DNA from: Octopus bimaculoides | Taxonomy: Eukaryota | Assembly: GCF_001194135.2 (NCBI RefSeq) | Contig: NC_068992.1 | Location: 7,520,092-7,584,091 of the forward strand | Length of the DNA: 64,000 bases | Direction: 5' to 3' | Program-made: the position numbers and the translations under genes | Shown: positions 25,080 to 37,653 of the stretch, in pieces | How the letters are laid out: every line of letters begins with the position of its first letter | Numbering within the stretch: the first letter of the stretch is position 1 | The notes under the pieces: generated by a model | Seen by the model: the letters and a program-made list of their open reading frames with translations, nothing else | Database searches by the model: none | Told to the model about the DNA's origin: nothing

Positions 25080-25642
25080 GTGAGTAGTTCTCTTATAATT
25101 CCTTCTCTTCTCACTCCTTGATTTTCCTTAACAAAAATAAAGGGAAAATCTAAACTATATATGCATACAAATAATACATACAGTACCTAATTACATCTAT
25201 ACAACAAAATCATAGAAACTAGTGAAATGGAATATTTTATTCATAACTTGAAGATAAATAATATTTTTTATAAAAGACCAATAATATTCAGTTCATGAAT
25301 TACTGTTTAAGACAGTTGAGAATTGTTTGCTTTAGATTCTTTATCAAATCTGATGATGCTATATAATTAACATTTTGAATACCAACCTCCTTGAGACCCC
25401 TTCTGCTTCTGTGCTACAAACATCAGGTTTAAAATGGTCTAAACTAAAATCTTCTATCAAAATTCCAAGTTGAATTCTGAATATCATCTTAATAATGACA
25501 GTTATTTTACTAAATTCTCCATTATTTTCAAAATTGAAACAGGCAGTATACTTTTAATAAAATATAACAACAAAACAGTTAATGATTCCATCCATATTGG
25601 AAAAAAAAAAAGGTTGATATTTTTTTTTGGTTTCTCTTGCAG

Positions 25643-25740
25643 AACACACCTAATATTTTACTACATTGCGTTCCTGCAGTTCGTGCTTTATTTAAAGCCA
25701 TCTCACTATCAAACCAGAACAGTTTACAGGACACTCTGAG
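25643..25740 (+). CDS. mTOR: mTOR exon w28: NTPNILLHCVPAVRALFKAISLSNQNSLQDTL(R)
   Basis: AG/GT; VPAV and LQDTLR motifs. Confidence 0.95.
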
Positions 25741-26214
25741 GTATGAATTTCTGTTTGGCTAATTAACATTATTTATAATTGTAATTACTGGCTAAAGTCT
25801 TGGCATAGTGAAATGTTGGACTAAATATTTTCAACTGTTGATTTTGTGACTTATTTTCTGAGTTCATATTCTTCTGGAACCAACTTGACCATTTGTTTCT
25901 CAAAGTCGGTAAATAAGTACTGGTACTTATCATCATCGTTTAACGTCTGTTTTCCATGCTGTCATGGGTTGGACGGTTTGAGTGAGGTCCGGAAAGCCAG
26001 CAGCTGCACTAGGCTCCAATCTGAATATATTGATACAAGATACCATGTGACTCTTATTTCATTAGAGTCACATGGTGAGAATTCTTCTATGAGTCAAAAT
26101 ACCAATGCCTTTGCTGTTCTTTCTGTTATTAGATATTAATTCCCTGCCTTCCTTTATTTCCCCCAACACTGTCTCTTTCTAAATACGAACTTGGGACTGT
26201 TTCAATTCTTTCAG

Positions 26215-26311
26215 ATTGCTAACACTGTGGTTTGACTACGGTCACTATTCTGAGGTGCATGAATCCTTGATTGAAGGGATAAAAACCATGCAGATTGAGA
26301 ACTGGCTGCAG
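26215..26311 (+). CDS. mTOR: mTOR exon w29: LLTLWFDYGHYSEVHESLIEGIKTMQIENWLQ
   Basis: AG/GT; LTLWFDYG motif. Confidence 0.96.
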
Positions 26312-26777
26312 GTAAGTGTGCTGACATGTTGCATCCTCTCTATTGTCGGAGACAAACATCTTGCTCCTCTTAGCAATGATCAGCAAAGAAATATATTCAT
26401 GAAGACCAAAACAGATGCAATAAACTCTAAAATTTAGCACAAGTTAAGCTTATATCCATGTATTACTCTCTCTTTTTTTTTTTGTTTGTCTGTCTCCTAT
26501 CTCTCCATCCCTCCTTCTCTCTCTCTCCATCCCTCTTTCTCTCTCTCCATCTCTACTCCCCTCTCTCCATCCCTCCTTCCTCTTGCACCTTCCACCTACC
26601 CTGTCTCTTCCCTCTCTCTCTCCTCCACCCTCTCCTCCCTCCATCTAGTTAGACACATTATAGTCTTTGTTACTGACATGCTTTATTTGACAGATCATGT
26701 CCCCCTCCCCACTAGCTCTTGCATAACACAAGGCACAATTTGTTTGACACTTCTAATTGACACAATTTGTTTGACAG

Positions 26778-26876
26778 GTCATACCCCAGCTGATTGCCAG
26801 AATTGACACTCCTCGTCATTCAGTCGGGCGACTAATTTCACAGTTGCTAATTGACATTGGCAAAGCTCACCCCCAG
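26778..26876 (+). CDS. mTOR: mTOR exon w30: VIPQLIARIDTPRHSVGRLISQLLIDIGKAHPQ
   Basis: AG/GT; VIPQLIARID motif. Confidence 0.96.
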
Positions 26877-27109
26877 GTAAGATAGGGTTTCTGCATTATT
26901 TTTTTCTTTTTTAATATTTATTTGTAAGATGTTTGTTAGTGTGTATGCATGCACCTGAGATTCACCAGTTTATATTTGTTAAATGATTGCATCATACACA
27001 TCCACACAATGTTTATGTTTGTGTATGCATGCACATTATGTTCATGAATTTATTGTTGCTCTTGCTTCTCAACTGGTGTTTCAGTAGCCATCTTGTACTC
27101 TATGTAAAG

Positions 27110-27306
27110 TACCATATTTCATGGCATATAAGTTGAAGCTTTCAGACCAAAATTTACAGTCAGAAATGGTAGATCAACTTATACAGCAAAATAGCTTTGA
27201 AAGATCAAAAATTTTATGTGAAATGCAGCAGGATTTGGCATGATAATAGCACTGTTTGAATGTTTACACTATATATAACATTGACTTGTATGCCAGAAAA
27301 TATGGT
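27110..27306. mobile_element. About 200-bp MITE with TACC(A/G)TATTTTCTGGCATACAAGTC TIRs (Tc2/pogo-like, class inferred); copies at about 8067-8245, 20850-20897, 23125-23323, 30741-30953, 36095-36150, 41600-41650
   Basis: Left taccatatttcatggcatataagttga pairs with right ttgacttgtatgccagaaaatatggt; shared internal ggtcctcc/catttcacatgg core. Confidence 0.7.
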
Positions 27307-27358
27307 GACTGGATCTCTGTTGGTTTCGACCATGAATATTCATGTGTTCAATCAATTG

Positions 27359-27412
<54 letters not shown>

Positions 27413-27705
27413 CATTGTGTTGATCTTTAAATGGCTTCCCTTCCATTTAGTTTGTAGGAATATACCATTTTCAATTAGTTTTAAAGTTAATAAAGAATTT
27501 AATAAAATAGCTTTATTCGTAGTAATTGGTGTTTGGTATATAACATGAAATTTTGATGGAAAGTTTTTAGACCACTCTAAAACAGGTAATTCACATCATA
27601 AAACAAAAATCGGTTTGAAGTTGTTAATGCTAAAAGGATTTAACATAAAACTCTAAAAGAAAATATAATTCTTTTTTTGTTTTGTTTTTTTCTTTTCCCA
27701 TTTAG

Positions 27706-27828
27706 GCTCTTATCTACCCGTTGACAGTAGCATCGAAGTCCAGTGTTTTAGCTCGACAAGCTGCCGCCAACAAAGTTCTTAAGAGCATGTGTGAGCACAG
27801 TAATACTCTGGTAAAACAAGCCGTTCTG
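27706..27828 (+). CDS. mTOR: mTOR exon w31: ALIYPLTVASKSSVLARQAAANKVLKSMCEHSNTLVKQAVL
   Basis: AG/GT; ALIYPLTVASKS motif. Confidence 0.96.
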
Positions 27829-29707
27829 GTAAGTTCCATTTTAAACTCAGAGATATGTTTTAATTATACTAACTAGTATTATTGAGAAATTGTTTGTATT
27901 ACTTTCAGTGAGTATCATTTGACTTATTGTTTAGCCTTTAACTATATTAACTATTAACTTTGGACCTCACAGAGGGGATGATAGGGGACTGACTCCTGGG
28001 GGTTTGCTGTGCTTGAGAAGACACATCAAGCTGAGTAAAATCGTGGTTGTCCTTGAAACTCTCTCCAGCTGAGTGTTCCTAATTCCTAATCTTGTGGGTC
28101 TGTGGCTGCTGGTTCCATGTAAAATGCACCCATTACACTCTGTAAAGTGGTTGGCATTAGGAAGGGCATCCAACCATAGAAACCATGCCAGAACAAACAT
28201 GGAGCCCGAGCAGCTCCTGACTGTCCAACCCATACCATCATGGGAAACAGACACTAAATGATGATCAATAAATATGAATTTATATGGAAAGACATCCGAG
28301 CGAGATCGTTGCCAGTGCCCCTGGACTGGCCCTTGTGCTGGTGGCACGTAAAATACACCATTTCGAGCATGGCCCTTGTGCCGGTGGCACGTAAAAGCAC
28401 CCACTACACTCTTGGAGTGTTTGGCATTAGGAAGGGCATCCAGTTGTAGAAACTCTGCCAAATCAGATTGGAGCCTGGTGTAGCCTCCTGGTCCACAAGT
28501 CCTCAGTCAAATCGTCCAACCCATGCTAGCATGGAAAGCGGACGTTAAACGACGATGATGATGATTGTTCTCTATAATAAAATAATTTGATTATCAACTT
28601 ATCGGGAACAACAGTTAAGTACTTTGGGGGTTGATTTGATTGTTCCCTCTCCTTCATTTGTGACCCTAAATCTTTGTTAGCCAGTATTGTCATCATGATC
28701 ATTATTTTTCATGCTGGTATGATTTGGACAAAACTTCTAAAAACAGTCTGGATGCTTCTCTTGATGCCAACTTTTCCTTGATTTTTCAAGTAAGCTGCTT
28801 TATTCCATGTCTTCATACTTCAGCCTATCAAACTGCACTGTTTATGCTAAGACATGTAAAGACACGTGTGCACTCACATATAGGTTGCCATACAATTGCT
28901 GTCTATCACGTTGTTGGTCAAGCCAGACTTAAAGAAGTAATTGTTCAAGGTGCCATGCAATGGGACTGAACTCAAATCCATGTTGTTGCGAAGGAAACTT
29001 TTTAACTACACATCCATACCTGCATGTTAAGTATCATTACCACCATCATTGATTTGACATCCACTTTTCCATGCTTTCATGGGTCAGACAGGATTTATTG
29101 AGGCAGATTTTCTATGGCCAGATACCCTTCCGGTTGCCTGTATATATGCACTAAAATTAGTATTATCTAGGTACACACACACACACACACACACACTGGT
29201 ATGTTGGTTTTATATTTGCTTAGTGGTTTGGCCAAGAAAGATTGAAAGAATTATGTGTTTCACTTAGTGATTTTAAACAATGACCTTTGTTTATGGTGTC
29301 ATTTGCTTACAGTTTACTGTGAAAGCATGTCTGGGTTTCTTGACATGTTTCACTCAGTGATTGCAAACAAAAAGGCTTGTTTCAAGTTCTTCATGTAAGT
29401 ATGTCTGGGTTGTTTGCTGTTCAAGAGACTGAAAGATTACAACCTGCAAATAGGCAGAATTAACAACAGGAGCAACATCAAGACATGGAAAACTCTTCTC
29501 CAACCTACTGCCATCTGATTCATGTGAGCAAAGAAAAGTAAGACTTTGCTCTATTCACATGTATCAATGATGAATCCAGATTGCTTTTCTAATGTTGTTT
29601 TCTATACAAAGGTTCCCAAATGTAATGCACACTAAAATTTACAGTGTTTTTGCAATTCTTTACCTGAAAGATGGCTGAATATTTCTCTTATTGTTGTTGT
29701 TTTTCAG

Positions 29708-29890
29708 GTGAGTGAAGAATTAATCCGTGTGGCCATTTTATGGCATGAACTATGGCATGAAGGCTTAGAAGAAGCTTCTAGGCTCTACTTTGGGGAGAAA
29801 AACATCAAAGGGATGTTTGAAACTCTTGAACCTCTACATCGTATGATGGACAGGGGACCTCAAACCATGAAAGAAATCTCTTTTAGCCAG
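29708..29890 (+). CDS. mTOR: mTOR exon w32 (FRB part 1): [30 protein letters not shown]...SFSQ
   Basis: AG/GT; FRB signature. Confidence 0.97.
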
Positions 29891-30397
29891 GTGAAAACAT
29901 TATTTCTTTGCTCATTGTCATTGATTTAATATTTTTTGTTATATCTTTATTGTTGTTGATTTCTTTTTGATCCTTGTTAAACCCACATTTTGGATATTGT
30001 ATTTTGTCCTTTTGTATTGTCTTCAATGTCGTGGGCCCTTGTGATCAATAAAAGCCGGCAGTATTGTTATAGCATAGAAAATATGCTTCAGGGATAATTT
30101 TTGTAAACTCTTTTCTGAGTTCATACCCTACCAAGGTCAATGTTTCCTCTCCTGGGGGGGGTGGTCAATAAAATAAAACACCAGTCAAGTACTGAGGTCA
30201 ATTGTACTGACTTAATGCCTCCCTCCAAATTTGAGGCTTTTTGGTCTATATACTTAAATTAGAAACTTTTTTTTGAAACTGAGTGGAAATAGGGGGCGCT
30301 GCAGTTCCACAGTGCCTATACACAAGCTGCCATTGGGTTTGAACTTGTCATTTTCTTTTTATTCCTTGCCATTACCTTGACTTTTTATTCTTATTAG

Positions 30398-30532
30398 GCA
30401 TATGGCCGAGACTTGCTTGAGGCCCAGGAGTGGTGCAAGATATACCAGCGTTCAGCGCTGCTGAAAGATCTTACACAAGCCTGGGATCTTTACTATCAGG
30501 TCTTCCGGCGAATAACCAAGCAACTCCCTCAG
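30398..30532 (+). CDS. mTOR: mTOR exon w33 (FRB part 2): [13 protein letters not shown]...[22 protein letters not shown]
   Basis: AG/GT; FRB signature. Confidence 0.97.
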
Positions 30533-31511
30533 GTTTGTCTCCTTCACTTTCATCATCATCATCATCATTGTTTAAGGTCTGCTTCCCATAACTAGCATGG
30601 GTGGGACATTTTATTTTTAAAAATTATTTCTAACAGTACTTTCTCATTTAACTTGTCGTAGAAAGGGTAAGGTTACTAGTGTGACTAATTATAATATATT
30701 CATTACTGATATAACTAATTACAGTGGCCTCATCATGCTGTATTGTATTTTCTGGCATACAGGTCAGCAGAGTTATATACTACCGCAACTTGTATGCTAC
30801 CTGTAGGGTAAACATTTAAAGCATCACTATTTTTACAATTCCTGCTGCATTTCATTTGCAGTTTGTGGTCCTCCAAATCCGTCTTTGTGTATAAGTCAAC
30901 CTACTTTTTAGGGGCCGTAAATTTTGGTCTCAGAAATAGTGGAAAACCTGGTAATTATTTGTCATGAAAAAACAAAACAAACTAATAATGGTTAATATAG
31001 CTTGTGAAATGCAGCAGGATTTTGAAAGATAATAAAGATGTTTGGATGTTGCCACTGTTATACTGCATTCACTTGTATACCAGAAGATATGGTATATTAT
31101 TGCAACTGTTATTGGTGATGATTTTTTTTGTTTTTGTTTTTGTTGTTTTCTCTTCATTTTCCCTTGTTACAGATGGAATGGTTATTATTTTTGTGAGACA
31201 TTCTTACTTGACTTTCCACTGCTAATTATTCAAGAATGGAACCTTATTTTTCTTTTTACTTTATCCAGTTAAACATAGTGAGGCAAATAGTTTTGTGCTT
31301 TGTCCAACAACATGTTATCACAATCTTTAATAATTCTGAACCTTTAACTCATCTTACAGCTTCAGCATAAATATAATGTATTGCTCTCTTTTTTTATTGA
31401 TTTAACTAAGAGATAATCATCTCACTGTATTTTCTTTAGATGTGTCAGATTTTTTTTTTAAATGGTATTTTAATATTAAGATTCCTCAACTGATGTGGTT
31501 CTTCTGTTTAG

Positions 31512-31686
31512 TTAACTTCTTTGGAATTGCAATACATGTCGCCAAACTTACTGCGGTGTCAAGACTTGGAACTGGCTGTCCCCGGCACATATGACCCGAA
31601 CCAGCCTGTTGTGTGCATCCACCATGTTCAAACTACTCTCCAAGTGATCACATCCAAACAGCGACCTCGAAAATTGAGCATATATG
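31512..31686 (+). CDS. mTOR: mTOR exon w34: [14 protein letters not shown]...[14 protein letters not shown](G)
   Basis: AG/GT; ELAVPGTY and P-loop [10 protein letters not shown]. Confidence 0.97.
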
Positions 31687-31912
31687 GTAAGATTTTGAAA
31701 TATATTAAAATTTTCATTCATTTTGACACATAACAATAAGCTGATGGTTTTTGTCTTCTTTTTTCTTGGTTGTTTTAGATCCATTTTCCCATTTTAACAA
31801 GAATTGAATAGACTTTACCTGTTTGTATCAATTGTATCAAGAGTCTGTGATGAAGATATAATCTTTGAATTAGTAGTAAGGTGTAATGTTATTATTTTGT
31901 CAAATTTTCCAG

Positions 31913-32048
31913 GTAGCGATGGCAAGGATTATGTCTTTCTTCTAAAAGGACATGAAGACCTTCGACAAGATGAGAGAGTGATGCAATTGTTTGTTTTAGT
32001 CAACTCATTATTGGCAAACAATCCAAAAACATTCCGCCGAAATTTATC
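31913..32048 (+). CDS. mTOR: mTOR exon w35 (kinase N-lobe): [30 protein letters not shown]...RRNL(S)
   Basis: AG/GT; catalytic Lys motif [13 protein letters not shown]. Confidence 0.97.
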
Positions 32049-32479
32049 GTAAGTTTTACTTACAAATGTTGCATGTTTTTGTCTAATATTCTACCTGTCT
32101 CTTTTACTATCCTTTGAACAGTTTCTATTCCTCTGAGTTCATCATATTTATATCCTTTTTTCCCTGCTTGCAAGGGTTAGACAGGTCTTCTGGAGCACAA
32201 CATATTGCTGCACAATGCAGTCACTTGTCGTCTCCTTTGTGAAGTTCAGTATTCTGTTTCATATCTGTATTTTGTCTCTGCTTAAGCTTCCTTGATATGT
32301 GGTTTTTATTTCCTGCCACTTCTACATCTCAACTCCCAGGCCCTCATGCTAAACTCTCTTTTCAATCCTTTTCTTCCATGAAATCTCTTCCTCTGGAACC
32401 GTTTCCCTCTTCATCTCCCATCCAAATACTACTCTGAACTCACTTCACCTAACAGCATTACTTTTCATTTGTTTTACAG

Positions 32480-32627
32480 GATAACTCGATATGCTGTTAT
32501 TCCACTGTCTACTAATTCTGGCCTCATTGGCTGGGTGCCTCACTGTGATACACTACACTCTCTCATCAGAGATTACCGTGAAAAGAAGAAGATCCTGCTC
32601 AACATTGAACATCGCTTAATGCTTCGG
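32480..32627 (+). CDS. mTOR: mTOR exon w36: [26 protein letters not shown]...IEHRLMLR
   Basis: AG/GT; hinge motif GLIGWVP. Confidence 0.97.
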
Positions 32628-33059
32628 GTAATTATCACATTACATATTTGTTATATCAAGGATCTTGGGGAACAACCTACACCAACATACTCCACCCTTG
32701 ACCCCTAGACAGATATGCTCTGCCACCCTATCAAATGCTATTGAACAGTCCAGCCTATGCAAGCATGAAAAGCAGATTTAAAATCACCATCATCATCGTT
32801 TAACGTTCGCTTTCCATGCTAGCATGGGTTGGACGATTTGACTGAGGACTGGTGGAACCCGAAGGCTACACCAGGCTCCAATCTGATTTGGCAGAGTTTC
32901 TACAGCTGGATGCCCTTCCTAATGCCAACCACTCCGAGAGTGTAGTGGGTGCTTTTACGTGTCACCCGCACGAAGGCCAATCAGGCGGTACTGGCATCAC
33001 TAAGCAGCTGATTAAAAGCTAATCCAATGTTCTCAGTATAGATTTAAGTAAAATTTATC

Positions 33060-33310
33060 CTCTGCTGAAATGAATTACAGTAATTCTTGATTTGATACAC
33101 TTTTGTCCTCTCTTACGACAGCATTCACTTTTGCTCTTCAGAATCGGCTGATCATATGATCATCTCCACTTAGACATTCCCTACTTATTACCCATACTGT
33201 CCTCACCACCACCACACCTGGCACTGCACTAACCATTGTCTCCATTTATTCTACCTCAGAATGTTGACTGCCTGGAATTTCCTCCCTGCCCACGTTATTT
33301 CTTCAACTGA
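33060..33310 (+). mobile_element. Possible CR1/Jockey-group LINE 3' relic (similar decayed piece at about 32230-32450)
   Basis: LFYLRMLTAWNFLPAHV resembles the FF..RV...WN.LP RT C-terminal motif; short and decayed. Confidence 0.4.
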
Positions 33311-33315
33311 ACTCG

Positions 33316-33830
33316 TATGAAGGCGGACTTTAGAGTTCATAGGCTGACTGTGAAGGAGTGATGCTAGAGCTGTGAAATCTTGCATGTATTTATTTCAGTG
33401 CTTCTTAATAACTGCGTTATTTTTTTCCAAGTAAACTGATGTCTGTCTGTTCAAAGAAGAGTTCAAAGTAACTAGTAGCTACTTTTATTGAAAATGGACA
33501 AAATTTGGCATTGTTCTGTTATCATATAACTGCAGGAAAAGGGTTTAGCTCCCAAGGCCATCCATGCTGATATGGTCCTTGCATTAGGAAATGATACTCC
33601 AGCTTTATCAAAAGTGCAAAAGTGGGCAGCTGAATTTAGGAGAGGAAAGGAGTCTTGAAGATGGTCCAAGGTCTGGGTGTCCTGCAACTGCCACCACTGA
33701 GGAAAACATTGTGTTCATCACATTGTGATGGATCACAGGTGATTGACTATCAATCAAATCACCAATGCTATTAGCATATCACACAAGAGAGTTGAGAATG
33801 TCTTGCACAATGAACTTAGTATGACAAAAA
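33316..33830 (+). mobile_element. Mariner relic: left TIR + disrupted N-terminal transposase HTH
   Basis: ta tgaaggcggactttagagttcataggctgac TIR-like end; ATG at 33494, MDKIWHC...AIHADMV...VQKWAAEFRRG..LEDGPRSGCPATATTEEN with stop and frameshifts. Confidence 0.8.
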
Positions 33831-33893
33831 AATTTTTTTTCTTATTTCAATATTCTTCTCTTAATTGTTGTTGTTTTTGGCTTAATTTTCAAG

Positions 33894-34016
33894 ATGGCTC
33901 CTGACTATGACCACCTTACATTAATGGAAAAAGTGGAAGTGTTTGAGCATGCTTTGGAACACACCCAAGGTGATGACCTTGCTAAGATTCTCTGGTATAA
34001 ATCACCAAGTTCTGAG
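33894..34016 (+). CDS. mTOR: mTOR exon w37 (LBE): [41 protein letters not shown]
   Basis: AAG acceptor, GT donor; homology. Confidence 0.96.
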
Positions 34017-34486
34017 GTTGGTAGTTTCCAAACCTTGCTTGTCCTCTTCCTAATTATTTCATATTATTCCTTGATTTATAATTGTTCTTTAATGACAAAT
34101 CAGTAAACTTTGTTGATTGTTACACATGTAAAAAATTGTTAAAAATAATTGTTTACTATTTGAGGTGAATTTTTATTTTTTTTTATAAGTTTCTTAAGAA
34201 CCCTTATTAACGGTTTCCTTTGCTTTTGGTTTTTTATCTTACTGATTATTTCATCTGGAAATCTAATTCTCCATAACCTGCTACGTGTTTGGCCTTTTGG
34301 GTTTTTATTTATTTATTAATATATTTCCTCTGATGACGTTACAAAGTAGTATTTTGCACTTGACTCTTTTCTTCAGTTCCTTGTGGACTTTACCTTAACA
34401 TAGTTGTGGCATTTGTTATCCCATCACCATCACCACCATCATCATAATCATTGTCATCAAATTAGCAACCAGATATTTATGCTTGA

Positions 34487-34624
<138 letters not shown>

Positions 34625-35260
34625 TAAATACCACTGGTACCTCATCTCGTTTATCAGGCAGCTGATAATTAACAACTTCACTCTAGCTAGTTTTATCTGC
34701 ATCTAATATTTGTGAATTTACGAAGTGGTAGACTGGCAGAATTGTAAGAACATCTTAGAAAATACCATGCAGTATTTAGTTATAATCCTGTTGAGGTCAG
34801 CTTTACCTTTCATCCTTCTAGATTTGGTAAAATAAAATACCAGCCAATTAGTTTAACTGCTCTCTTAGGCTCTTAAACTTGTGCCTATGTCAAAAAACAA
34901 TATTTATGAGTTTAAAAGAAAGGTGCATGTCCCTTAAGGCCTTTATAATATCAACTTTTGTCCCTGTATTTCCCAAAATCAAATTTTATCAAAAATCAAT
35001 CTTGTTTACATTCTTATCATTATCATTGTTGAACATCCATCTTAATGGAATAAATATCTCTTTATTGCTCACAGGGGACAAACAGGGACAAAGGGATTAA
35101 GTCAATTACGTCGACCCCAGTGCATAACTGGTACTTATTTAATCAACCCCGAAAGGATGAAAGGCAGAGTCGACCTAAAATGCTAAACAGTTAATCATTT
35201 CTTTGTCTGATTTTTTTTTTTTTTTTCCTGCTAATGTTGAAATTTATGTTTTAATTCTAG

Positions 35261-35408
35261 ACATCCTTCTAATTTAATGTTGGATCGTATGAGTGGTAAA
35301 ATTATACACATTGATTTTGGTGATTGTTTTGAAGTTGCAATGACTCGTGAAAAATTCCCTGAAAAAATTCCATTCCGCTTGACTCGAATGCTTATTAATG
35401 CTATGGAG
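35261..35408 (+). CDS. mTOR: mTOR exon w39: [49 protein letters not shown]
   Basis: AG/GT; DRHPSN and DFG motifs. Confidence 0.97.
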
Positions 35409-36221
35409 GTAAATCATATATTTCTCAACTCTTTACCATGTTTTGTTCCTTTTATTGTTTCTCGAAGATGAATTCTGATATATCTACTTCTATGAATCCT
35501 TCAGGTTAAGAGATGAAAGACCAGGCACTGTTTGTGCTTCAGCTCCTCTGAATAATTAGTCCTGTTGTGGTAATAGTCATAAATATATGACTGCTTCCAA
35601 AATAATTAGGAGTCTCAGAAATTCAGAGACAATTACAGCAGCGATCTCTGACCATTTTTGCTCCATGGACTGCTTTCATGCAACACAATTTTTCCACAGA
35701 CCAGGACATCATTCACATAAAAAAGTGCATAATATATAATTCAATTGTTAAAACCATAAAGTCTAGCAGTATGAGATATGGATATATATATTTATTTAGC
35801 CACATGACTTCCATAGGATTACAGCTGTTTCGCAACCATTTTCATGAAGTATTAATTTCAGCATAGAAGAAATTATGCAGATGTGTTTGAATTAATATGT
35901 ATGCTCAGCATTACACAATACAGTTGTATATTCATAATTTAATGCAAATAAAGAAAGCTAGCTCATCTGATCACCAAAACATTTTGCTTACACCAACAGC
36001 TCAATGCAAGTGTAATTATTGCATTGTATATAATGCACTTTATTTCTATTATTACATTGTTATACACACACACACACACACATAGTACTCTTTGGGTGGG
36101 GGCTGTAAATTTTGGTCTAAAAATTTTGACTTGTTTGCCAGAAAATAGTGTTCAAGTTGTATTAATGCTTTTACTCCACATTGATGTAGTGTTCAAATAA
36201 ACAAGCACATATTTTCCACAG

Positions 36222-36357
36222 GTAACTGGTATTGATGGCATTTATCGACACACTTGTGAAAGTGTCATGTCAGTTCTCCGCGAATACAAAGACAGCCTGA
36301 TGGCTGTTCTGGAAGCCTTCGTCTATGATCCTCTACTCAATTGGCGATTAATGGATG
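36222..36357 (+). CDS. mTOR: mTOR exon w40: [45 protein letters not shown]
   Basis: AG/GT; [14 protein letters not shown] motif. Confidence 0.97.
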
Positions 36358-37653
36358 GTAAACTGTTTTCCAACTTTCTCAACCTTTGTTAATATAATAG
36401 CCCCATCTCACACTAACTAATTATGAAATATATATCATTGCATGTAAGCTAAATTTCAACTAATTAATTAACATGAGTTCTCATTTTTATTGTCATTTTT
36501 ATTGTCAAGTCATGTCACTTGTAGTTGAGGCATTGTAAATGTCTTATCTCAATCAGTCATGGACTGATTGAGATAAGAATGGCAAACTTAACGCAAACCT
36601 AATGAATAGCAAACTTAACGAAAAATTACTTTTTTAATTTGTTTTCGTAGTACAGCCCACTGAGCCATGTCTCATGAAGGTGACTTCTCAAAATAGGCTG
36701 CCCATGCCTTATCTCAATGTTCTGCCAACTTACCATTTGTGAAGATTAATGGAATGTCAAGTTTTCTTTCTCTCATCTAAAACTATGGGCTTTTTGAAGT
36801 GAAAGTATCCTTCCCTTCTTGGAAGCTAGCAAATGTTTGATTTCTTTAGTGATGGCCAGATTGAAAATTTTCACTGTCTAATCACATAATTATAGTATGA
36901 TTAATAATGACTAAAAGAACCCTTAATGATCAAGTTTCACATAAATCTTAAAAATCAAATGAATAAAACTGAGGTAAAATATGATGAAAGACCTTTTGGT
37001 CATGACCAGATGTGTTAGATATATGTTGGTTATGTTCATAAGATAGTGAATTGACCATTATAAGAACATTGGATAGAATACTTTGTAGTATTTGTTCTAA
37101 TTCTGCACTGCAAGTTCAATTCTCAAACTGGTCAGCTTTGCCTTCCATCCATTTTTGGGGATCAGTGAGAAAGACAGAACCAGTCCAAATTGGCAGAACT
37201 GTTAGAACATCAGGCAAGATTCCTTCAGCTATCTCGTCTGTTTGTGTTCTGATAGTTTGGCACCGGTATTGTCTTGCTGTCTCCCTCTGCACCCAAGTCG
37301 GTGGCTTTTCCCTTGGCTAAACATTGGTTGCATGGAGAAACTTGCATGCATGGGTGACTATCTTCTGAAAGAAAAAAAAAAAAAATCATGCTCAGGCCTG
37401 TGCATACCTGTACTGATGCAGGGTTGGCATTGACCAAGAGAGGCCTTTTAGGATTAAATTATCTAATATGTCCTTACTATAGTCAAATTGCTAGGGTATG
37501 ATTTGAGGAGTACTTAGCTACTATTTCTAGCTGGTTGAACAACCATGCAATTGCCTTTCCTTTCATGTGATGAAGGTAAAGTTTGTGATTTTTAAAAAAA
37601 TGGTGAAGGTAGCCATTCCCCCCCCCCTCATGTTTTATCAGTCATGACATTTT

